DNA of 64,000 nt from an uncultured Candidatus Binatia bacterium (GTDB lineage Bacteria; Desulfobacterota; Binatia; UBA9968; CAXXLF01). Position 1 is the stretch's first letter. Every line of letters starts with the position of its first letter. Location: contig CBDCDW010000005.1 of the NCBI GenBank assembly GCA_965215595.1, forward strand, positions 235,316 to 299,315. Reading direction: 5' to 3'. Below are positions 8,170-15,829 of this stretch, piece by piece. The notes below the pieces were generated by a model, which worked only from the letters and a program-made list of their open reading frames with translations, was not told the DNA's origin and ran no database searches. Both the position numbers and the translations under genes were made by a program.

Positions 8170-9186
8170 ATGGGGGAAATGATGGCTGAAGAGATTCTGG
8201 TCCCAACCAAAGGTCTAAATGGCATTGAGGAAATCATCCCTCACCTCGAGCATATTGCCAATCCAGCAATGAGCGTCATTTTGCTGGTTCCCTACCGAAC
8301 GGAGCTTCTCCGCAGCCTTTTGCATCAGTGGATTCCAGCAGAGTCGAGGGAGGAAGATTTACCACAGGGTATAGAGACCACGGAAGGGCTCTCACTGGAG
8401 CCACAAAACAGGTTGGCTGATCAGAATAGCGCTCCCGCTCGTGAGAGTTTAATGAAATTTGACCCCCGTAACGTAAGCCTTTACTATCTTGGCTCCAATG
8501 GAGTAGAGCACGACGTTCCTAAAGGAAAGATGGCCATGGAGCTCATAGGACTCGAACGTAAGCTCACCGCCATCCTTAGCGCCGATGTGGTTGGCTATAG
8601 CCGCCTGATGGGCGAGGATGAAGCGGGCACAATCCATACCTTAACGGCCTACCGCGAAGTGATGACCACCCTTATCCAGCAACACCGTGGCAGAGTCGTG
8701 GACGCACCGGGTGACAATCTCTTGGCGGAGTTTGCCAGCGCAGTGGGCGCGGTGGAGAGCGCGCTCGCTATTCAGCAAGAGTTGAAGACGAGGAACGCCG
8801 AACTGCCTGCTGACCGCCAGATGGTCTATCGTATCGGAATTAACGTTGGCGAGGTCGTGGTCGAGGGCGAGCGGATTTATGGTGACGGTGTCAATATTGC
8901 CTCCCGTTTGGAGAGCTTGGCCGAGAGCGGAGGCATCTGCCTCTCGGGGAATGCTTTTGAACTGGTTCGTGATAAGCTGGCGGTCGGCTTTAAAAACCTC
9001 GGTGATCGAAGGGTCAAGAATATCAACAGACCGATTTCTGCCTATAGCGTGCTCACCGATCCTGACTTCGTTGGAAAGGTGAAAAACGCGCCCGCGAAGG
9101 GGTTTGCTCGTTGGAAATGGCCAGCCGTCACCACCACCGTCATGTTCATTCTTATCGCAGCAAGCATTGGAGTGTGGTGGCCCTAA
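8170..9186 (+). CDS. Class III adenylate/guanylate cyclase with an unknown ~120-aa N-terminal region and a C-terminal single TM anchor
   Basis: Cyclase homology domain: LERKLTAILSADVVGYSRLMGEDEAGTI...VDAPGDNLLAEF...YRIGINVGEVVVEGERIYGDGVNIASRL. A C-terminal hydrophobic helix (WPAVTTTVMFILIAASIGVWWP) closes the protein. The N-terminal 120 aa have no recognisable motif. Confidence 0.8.
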   Translation: MGEMMAEEILVPTKGLNGIEEIIPHLEHIANPAMSVILLVPYRTELLRSLLHQWIPAESREEDLPQGIETTEGLSLEPQNRLADQNSAPARESLMKFDPRNVSLYYLGSNGVEHDVPKGKMAMELIGLERKLTAILSADVVGYSRLMGEDEAGTIHTLTAYREVMTTLIQQHRGRVVDAPGDNLLAEFASAVGAVESALAIQQELKTRNAELPADRQMVYRIGINVGEVVVEGERIYGDGVNIASRLESLAESGGICLSGNAFELVRDKLAVGFKNLGDRRVKNINRPISAYSVLTDPDFVGKVKNAPAKGFARWKWPAVTTTVMFILIAASIGVWWP

Positions 9187-9187
9187 A

Positions 9188-9300
9188 CGTCCCATGGCAT
9201 TGACAACGAAGCCCGGCCGAAATACGACTCTGCCACGGTAAAGCTCGCTCGCGAACGCACCCTCGAATTTCTCGCTAAGCACGTAGGATAATCAAACAAG
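9188..9300. repeat. Direct repeat copy 2, starting 2 bp after the cyclase stop codon
   Basis: See copy 1. It encodes a gene-less ...HGIDNEARPKYDSATVKLARERTLEFLAKHVG* tail. Confidence 0.85.
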
Positions 9301-9430
9301 CTTCCAGAATTGTCCTTCACTACGAAACCAACGGGTAGGAGGTTTTACGAAATCTTTAGGCCTATTTAAGGAACATTCTTGGCTAGAAATAACAACGAAC
9401 AGCACAGGCCGGGAGCGCACACCCTATCTT

Positions 9431-11446
9431 CTAGTGCGTCCGCTCCCCGACGAAGTCCGCCAACTCACGGAGTACGTGCGCATCGTTACCGAAGGCGATG
9501 ATCGCCTCTTTCGCCTCGTGGATGAGCTGCTTGGTTCGCTCGCGGGAGTTTTCAACGCCGAGGACCGAAGCGAATGTCGCTTTGCGGTGGCGCGCGTCGC
9601 TGCCTTGCGGCTTACCGAGCTGCTCGGTGGAGGAGGTGACGTCGAGGATGTCATCGACGATCTGAAACGCGAGGCCGACACGCTCACCGTAAATCGCTAG
9701 CTGCTCGATCTGCTCGTCCGTTGCACCGCCCGCAATACCACCCGCCACAATAGACGTGCGCAGGAGCGCTGCCGTCTTCATTCGGTGCAAGCGTATGAGG
9801 GCGTCGGTGTCGAGCTGTTGTCCGTCGGAGAGAATGTCGATGACCTGCCCACCTACCATTCCGTGGGCTCCAACGGCAGACGAAATCTCATGAACGAGAC
9901 GAATGGCGCGAGAGGCTCCGATACGCTCTGTGAGCGTCGGATCTGCCAGTAACTCAAAGGCGCGGGTCAGCAACGCATCCCCAACCAAAATCGCCATCGC
10001 TTCGCCATAGACCTTGTGTGTCGTGGGCTTGCCCCGGCGCAAATCGTCGTTGTCCAAGGCCGGCAGGTCGTCGTGCACCAGCGAGTAGGTGTGGATGAGC
10101 TCGACTGCTAGCGCTGGCATTATCGCGTCGCTCGCCGCGGCTCCCACCGACTCCGCAGCCGCCAGTGCCAGGATCGGGCGAAGTCGCTTTCCCCCTGCGA
10201 ACACCGGGTAGCGGACCGCGTCCGCAAGTTGGTCGGGTGTCGACCCATTCGGGAGCGATCCGTCTAGAGCAATTTCAACAAGCTCCCGCCTGGAAGCCAT
10301 ATAGCCGCTCAAAACATCGGCCGACGTCCCAGCCACTAGCGTGCTCCGGGGTTGCGGCGAGATGGTCACGGGTCCTAGGCTCAGGCGGCAGAAACTGGTG
10401 CGCAGTGCTTCGTCGTCCTCCACATGCTCGACGCAATCCTGGATCAGCTTTTCGACCTCTCCATGGGAGATCTTCACCGGCTCGCCGGGGATGAGCTGGG
10501 CGTCGTTTCTCCGGGCATAGGCAAGGGTGCGCACCGCCATCCACAACGGTAAGAGACAGAAAAGGCGTATGTCTCGTTCGTTCGGCGGGATCGCCAAGCA
10601 ATAGGTGAATGCATGCTCGAACCCGCGCTGAGCACGCTTGAATAGCGGCGCCAGCGCCGTGTGAGCGCGCTCTCGCGCCTCGGGTTGCAACAGCTCGGCT
10701 ACCTCCAGGCCAGCATCCTGGCAGACCGTGCGCGGGACATAGCAAACGCCGCGCTCCCAGTCGTTAGTGATATCCTTGAGGATGTTGGTCATCTGCAGGC
10801 CGACGCCAAACTCCTCCGCGTTGGTGCGCAGGGCATGAGTGCGCGGGGCATCGAGATCGCAGGTATCCGTGAATAGGTCGGTGAGCATGTGCGCGACCGT
10901 CCCTGCGACGAAGTAGCAGTACCGTTCGAGATCCGCAAGTGTTGTCAACGCCACGATGCCATCCTCGCCAGTTGGGCGCCGACTGTATATGGCCATCCCG
11001 CGCGCCATCTCGCATACACCCCGTCGTATCGCTCGCTGCGAGGAGTCGTTGAGCTCCGCGAAGACGCCGAGAACGCGCGGCAGGTTTTTCACTAGCCGAC
11101 GCTCCGCGCTCGCCGGTCTTTCACCGTTGTCAGGGAACCGGCTCGCGAAGTCCGAAGCCGAAGCATCCTGCTCCAAACATTCGAGGAAAGATAAATAGAG
11201 GCCGTCCCGCTCTGCCAGTGTGAGGTTTGACTCATCCTCGATCGTATCGGCAATCCGGCATAGCAAGTAGCCGCAGGTGACCGCACGCTCCAGCGGATCG
11301 CGCAACATCGCGATTGGCAAACTGAAGGTCCGCGAGACCTCCTTCAGCGACTGCTGACAGAAACGCCAATCGCTGGAATTCATAGCGCCATCGGTTAGCA
11401 TAACTTTGTCACAGAATGTAACCCGTTTATTCGGTTTGGAAACCAC
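9431..11446 (-). CDS. Bifunctional fusion: squalene/phytoene synthase-like domain (N) + trans-polyprenyl diphosphate synthase (FPP/GGPP synthase) domain (C)
   Basis: N-terminal half: RIADTIEDE and LQMTNILKDITNDWERGVCYVP, the two Asp-rich SQS/PSY motifs, plus YCYFVAGTVAHM. C-terminal half: GKRLRP, the first DDxxD-type motif LVHDDLPALDNDDLRRGKPTTH and the second FQIVDDILD. The gene is high-GC. Confidence 0.75.
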   Translation of the reverse strand: MVSKPNKRVTFCDKVMLTDGAMNSSDWRFCQQSLKEVSRTFSLPIAMLRDPLERAVTCGYLLCRIADTIEDESNLTLAERDGLYLSFLECLEQDASASDFASRFPDNGERPASAERRLVKNLPRVLGVFAELNDSSQRAIRRGVCEMARGMAIYSRRPTGEDGIVALTTLADLERYCYFVAGTVAHMLTDLFTDTCDLDAPRTHALRTNAEEFGVGLQMTNILKDITNDWERGVCYVPRTVCQDAGLEVAELLQPEARERAHTALAPLFKRAQRGFEHAFTYCLAIPPNERDIRLFCLLPLWMAVRTLAYARRNDAQLIPGEPVKISHGEVEKLIQDCVEHVEDDEALRTSFCRLSLGPVTISPQPRSTLVAGTSADVLSGYMASRRELVEIALDGSLPNGSTPDQLADAVRYPVFAGGKRLRPILALAAAESVGAAASDAIMPALAVELIHTYSLVHDDLPALDNDDLRRGKPTTHKVYGEAMAILVGDALLTRAFELLADPTLTERIGASRAIRLVHEISSAVGAHGMVGGQVIDILSDGQQLDTDALIRLHRMKTAALLRTSIVAGGIAGGATDEQIEQLAIYGERVGLAFQIVDDILDVTSSTEQLGKPQGSDARHRKATFASVLGVENSRERTKQLIHEAKEAIIAFGNDAHVLRELADFVGERTH

Positions 11447-12292
11447 CTAGACAACAATAAGAACATGGTTTTTACCTATTGCCAACAAAAATCTAACAAT
11501 TTCTAACCCACTCGCCTGTATTTTCGCCTTGGATGGGTTCAAGCGAGAGTCGAAGGGTCAAACTAGCTAGCTGGCCATCCCTCGTCAAAGGTAGTGCATG
11601 ACCTTATTCTACCTATTATATTTCAACTTGGCGTCGGCTTCCAGAAAATAATGAGAAGTCGCTTGTTAAATTTAAACACCGCAAACTCTAAAGTTATCCA
11701 CAAGCGACTCTGTGCCAGCTCGCGTTTGAGAACCCCCAGCAGACGTCAGAGAAAGCTGGCTGGCTCCGTACACTGGTTTTTTGTGAGACAAGATCCGATA
11801 TCGGGCTACTATGTCTACGTTAGGTCGAATTGCAGGCAGAGCTGGACGCTGCCTCAATCTGGAAAAGGGTGAGAGTTTTTACATTAACTAGCTATTAGTG
11901 TTAAGGATACAAGATGCAAGGCAATGACGCTTCAAATGCGCTGCAGCAGCATGTTGTCCTGATCAAAGTTTCTCTTCGTACATGAGGACTTTAAGGGCAT
12001 CCAGATATGGTGACACGTCAGATGCGATAGAATCCACCTGCTGTTGAAACTCCACTGTTTTAAAGAGACTATCAGCATCGTCCGCTGACGAAAGAATACC
12101 ACTGGAAACTGAGAATGGTAATAATTGCACAAGCACTACACCTAGCCGGCATAGGTCAATCCCATAGCTAGAATGGGGTGCAAGCAGTGTTTAACACGCA
12201 ATTCAACAACGTTTTAGTTGCATCCCAGTGGTATATAATTAATCAAATTTTATACAGTGCCTCTCCTTGGTGTTCTGCGAGTTCTTAAACTC

Positions 12293-13338
12293 CTATTTCA
12301 GCCCCAAGACTCGTCTCGCTCTTTCTACCACATCTGGCTTAAGGTCCGTTTTCGTCTTTCGAATAAACCCTTCAAGCCATTCAGCACTCTTGGGTGCGAT
12401 ATCCACCTTCAATCGTTTAGCATCCTTATGAAATGCTGGATCTTTCATAATGTCGGCGAGCCCCTTCCGTAGAATTTTTACCCGATCCTTAGGAGTTCCG
12501 GGAACGGTTGCCCAAGGCCGCACCATTGTGGCAGGCATCGTCAATAATTTTAAAAAAGCTTTATCCTCAGCTTCCCGCACATATTCATTCAGAAACGGCA
12601 CCTTACGCTCGTCTAGCTCAGGATGTCGCTCCTCACGATATATGCCAATAGTTTAATGTCTCCCGCTTCTATCATAGGGAGCCCAGTGGCTTTTACTGAA
12701 TCCCAGGTCCATCCAGTTAATGCATCCACCTCCTTGCGCATTAATGCCGCCCGAATGGGAGCTGTGCCGCCATATCCCGGGACAATCGTGGAAATGGGAC
12801 CAAAAATACTGTTCAAGGCCAATGGAAGAGAACATGTGAGAGTGCCTCTGCTAACACAGCCAAATATTAATTTAGGCGTTTTTGGATTTAGCCATTCTTC
12901 GACACTTTGTGCCGGTGCATCAGCACGAATTGCGACGGTTATAACGCTTGAATTGGCGAGTGCTAGCCACTCGAAATCCAGTGACCGATACTTAACGGCT
13001 GGAATCCCCAGAAATTCCATCTGGGGTATCGTCCATAGTATATGTCCAATGGTTAAGCCATCCGGCTTAGACACATTAAACATATAATTAGCCGCGATCA
13101 GGCCTCCGCCACCCGGCATATTCTCCACGATTACGCTGGGTTTCCCGGGAATATGTTTAGGCAAATGCCGCGCAATTAGCCTGGCATAGGTATCAAAACC
13201 ACCGCCGGGAGAAGCTCCCACGTTGATACGTATAGTTTTGCCTTCATAAAACCCCGCACCGGACACTGGTGTCGAAACTCCTGCAACGTAGGCAAGCCCA
13301 GCGGCAAGATAAATCACGAATAAAAATTTCCTGTTCAT
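12293..13338 (-). pseudogene. TctC-family (Bug) tripartite tricarboxylate transporter substrate-binding protein, disrupted by a frameshift near 12600-12615
   Basis: ORF 12613..13338 (signal peptide; GGFDTYARLIARHL; PGGGGLIAANY) and ORF 12293..12601 (C-terminal Bug-domain region; KDPAFHKDAKRLKVDIAPKS) are consecutive parts of one TctC-like protein in different frames. Confidence 0.55.
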
Positions 13339-13515
13339 AAAACCCTCCTGCTGTTTTGGATTAGGAATTTAGTAGAACAGAACGTAAGCCCCCAGGAAAG
13401 AATTGCAGAGGCGGCCGGTCCTAAATATTTCATATTCTCCTTCCGAGAAACGTTCCCGTGCCCCGTGGACTTCACTACGAGGTAATGATGGGGGAGACAA
13501 TTACGCTGGCACTAA

Positions 13516-13590
13516 TATCACAGAGAAGACAGGTGTCAAGGAGATCCTTTTTGATCCTAAGATGTGGTTCAATGACGCTTTAGTCGCATC
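13516..13590. repeat. Short dispersed repeat, copy A (core ...gtcaaggaga-N-aagatgtNNttNaaNgacgctttaNtNg...)
   Basis: Alignable by eye with 13765-13830, 19625-19690 (and its duplicate 20572-20637), and more weakly with 25897-25925 and 19285-19330. Confidence 0.5.
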
Positions 13591-13696
13591 TCACGTGGGA
13601 CACAGTTCATGAGCTACTTAAACCCATCCTAGTATTTATCCACTTGGCGTATTGAAATTTCATTTTCCTAGCGTTTCACCCATTGATCCGTGTTTC

Positions 13697-13735
13697 GTAA
13701 CTAAGAATGGCATTGAGTTTGCGTTCCATATTTTG
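13697..13735 (-). other. Orphan 5' fragment (promoter/5'UTR + first ~10 codons, MERKLNAILS...) homologous to the start of the 1139-aa cyclase-STAND gene
   Basis: The complement reads atggaacgcaaactcaatgccattcttagt (MERKLNAILS), versus atggaacgcaaactcactgccattcttagt at 19249. About 55 bp of upstream sequence are also alignable (catattt-g...tgaaacttaga...). The frame then diverges. Confidence 0.45.
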
Positions 13736-13764
13736 TAATCAATGGGCTTGAAACTTAGAGACCA

Positions 13765-13830
13765 ATATCACAGGGGAAAAGTCTGTCAAGGAGACCAAGA
13801 TGTAATTAAACGACGCTTTAATTGAGCGTT
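13765..13830. repeat. Short dispersed repeat, copy B
   Basis: atatcacaggggaaaagtctgtcaaggagaccaagatgtaattaaacgacgctttaattgagcg versus copy A atcacagagaagacaggtgtcaaggagatcc...aagatgtggttcaatgacgctttagtcg. Confidence 0.5.
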
Positions 13831-13932
13831 ACCCGGGACGAAGTAAGGGGATTGACAACTTCCCGGTCCAGCGATATTGCTCGGGCCAGATAAAAGGTGG
13901 TTTAAATTTCTATAAAGATGTAAGGAGGATTC

Positions 13933-14859
13933 ATGCGCATCGACGTTCATGCCCACTACTACCCGCCGGAACTAGTTGACGCCTACTCAAGGCTCAAGCG
14001 CATGTCCGGTAACCCGCAGATGGCACCCGCTGGACGTGTGCCCCTGGATGAGCGCCTCGACTTGCTCGCCGAGGCGGGAATCGACCTCCAGATCCTCTGC
14101 TCAGGTGCGAACCAGCCTTACGTCGACAACCGGGAGGAAGCTGTTGCCGTAGCGCGATTTGCGAACGACCTCTACGCCGATGTCTGCAAAGCCCACGGAC
14201 GATTTGCGGCCTTTGCCACGCTCCCGTTGCCGCACGTTGATGCCGCGATTGACGAGATGGGCCGCTGCCTGGACACCCTTGGCATGCTGGGGGTCAACAT
14301 TGGCACCTCAGTGGCAGGCCGTCCACTGGATGATCCCATGTTCGGACCGGTGTTTGCCGAGCTCGAGCGTCGGCGTGCGGTGCTTTTCCTCCATCCCCAA
14401 GGGGCGGGTGCCGGTCCCATGGCCGACGCCTTTGGCATGACCTTCATGATCGGAGCATGCTTCGAGGACACCATCACCTCGATCCGTCTCGTCATGTCGG
14501 GAATCACTGCCCGGTATCCCAACATTCGGATCATCGTGCCGCACCTAGGTGGTACTCTGCCCTTCTTGATGCAGCGAATCGAGGACCACACCCGGCGCAT
14601 GGCCCTCAGCGGACAGCCGCTCCCCGTCGCTAAGCCGATCGAGGCGATCCGGAGTATGTACTTCGACACGGTGAACAACTACCCCGCGGCGCTGCGCTGC
14701 TCCTGCGAGGCATTCGGAGTTGACCACATCATGCTTGGCTCAGACTTCCCTTTTCTCTTTGTGAAACCGTGCGTGGAATACATCGAGCGATCTGGCCTCC
14801 CCGCCGAGGACATCGACACGATCCTAAACCACTCGGCGCAACGACTCCTGAAGCTGTAA
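13933..14859 (+). CDS. Amidohydrolase-2 family protein (ACMSD/2-pyrone-4,6-dicarboxylate hydrolase-like metal-dependent hydrolase)
   Basis: MRIDVHAHYYPPELVD... matches the HxH metal-binding start of the amidohydrolase-2 TIM barrel, followed by internal His and Asp ligands (HPQG, HLGG, GSDFPF). The gene is high-GC. Confidence 0.7.
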   Translation: MRIDVHAHYYPPELVDAYSRLKRMSGNPQMAPAGRVPLDERLDLLAEAGIDLQILCSGANQPYVDNREEAVAVARFANDLYADVCKAHGRFAAFATLPLPHVDAAIDEMGRCLDTLGMLGVNIGTSVAGRPLDDPMFGPVFAELERRRAVLFLHPQGAGAGPMADAFGMTFMIGACFEDTITSIRLVMSGITARYPNIRIIVPHLGGTLPFLMQRIEDHTRRMALSGQPLPVAKPIEAIRSMYFDTVNNYPAALRCSCEAFGVDHIMLGSDFPFLFVKPCVEYIERSGLPAEDIDTILNHSAQRLLKL

Positions 14860-15055
14860 ACCGAAGAGAAGGCGCTGCCCATAATATTTGTTTGAGATCA
14901 CTGAAGGTGCCATTCCGTACTCGTACCTCTGGTTAGAGAATAGCACTGGCTTATTTTTCATCGTCTCGGTGATCTAAAACCTGGAACCAACCTTCTGACA
15001 CGAACTGGCGACTTATGAAATTGCGATTGCCTAGAGACCGACTTATAATATTTAC

Positions 15056-15679
15056 ATGCAACCAATAGAGGATATCAAGGAACGCCATGTCTTAAAGATT
15101 GGGCCTCCCGAGATGCCCAATGGCGATCTTTGCTTCTTTCGTAATTTCCTTGATCCGTCCCAGAGCGACGATTTTTTTCAGACGTTGCTAGCATTGGGTC
15201 AATGGCGGCAGGACGCCATCAAACGCGGCCGCAAAGAGACAAAATTGCCTCGACTCACCTTGTGGTACGGCAATTCAGGCAAAAACTATTCTTATTCTGG
15301 AATTCGCATGAAACCTCATCCCTGGAACGCTCCTCTTTTAACGATTAAACAGGCCGTTGATGCTGAAGCCGGAGTTAAATTTAATAGCGTTTTATTGAAT
15401 TTATATCGCAATGAACGTGATTCGGTAGCGTGGCATAGCGATGACGAACCGGAACTGGGTAAGAATCCGATCATCGCTTCGGTCAGTTTAGGAGCAACAC
15501 GTCGGTTTGTCTTGAAGCACAAAAGCGAAAAACGTCTCCCAAAAGTCGAGCTGGAATTGTCCCATGGAAGTCTGCTTCTGATGCGAGGTCCTACGCAACA
15601 TTATTGGATTCATGCGATTCCTAAATCCAAAACTACTGTGGGCCCGCGTCTAAATTTAACTTTTCGGATTATTCATTAG
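15056..15679 (+). CDS. alkB: AlkB-like Fe(II)/2-oxoglutarate-dependent dioxygenase (alkylated DNA/RNA repair)
   Basis: VAWHSDDE...IASVSLGATRRFVLKHK...HGSLLLMRG..QHYWIHAIPK contains the HxD...H facial triad and the RxxxxxR motif typical of AlkB. Confidence 0.7.
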   Translation: MQPIEDIKERHVLKIGPPEMPNGDLCFFRNFLDPSQSDDFFQTLLALGQWRQDAIKRGRKETKLPRLTLWYGNSGKNYSYSGIRMKPHPWNAPLLTIKQAVDAEAGVKFNSVLLNLYRNERDSVAWHSDDEPELGKNPIIASVSLGATRRFVLKHKSEKRLPKVELELSHGSLLLMRGPTQHYWIHAIPKSKTTVGPRLNLTFRIIH

Positions 15680-15829
15680 AATCGGATAGGCTGTAAACCA
15701 ACTGAATTAAATCTGGGGGAAACGGCGCGCCGACGTCTCTTATGCCTTAAGCACCTGCTTCCGGGCCAGAACTTTTTCTCCTCTGAGAAAAGAATGTTAC
15801 TTATATGCACCGAAAGCATAAGCCCTCTT

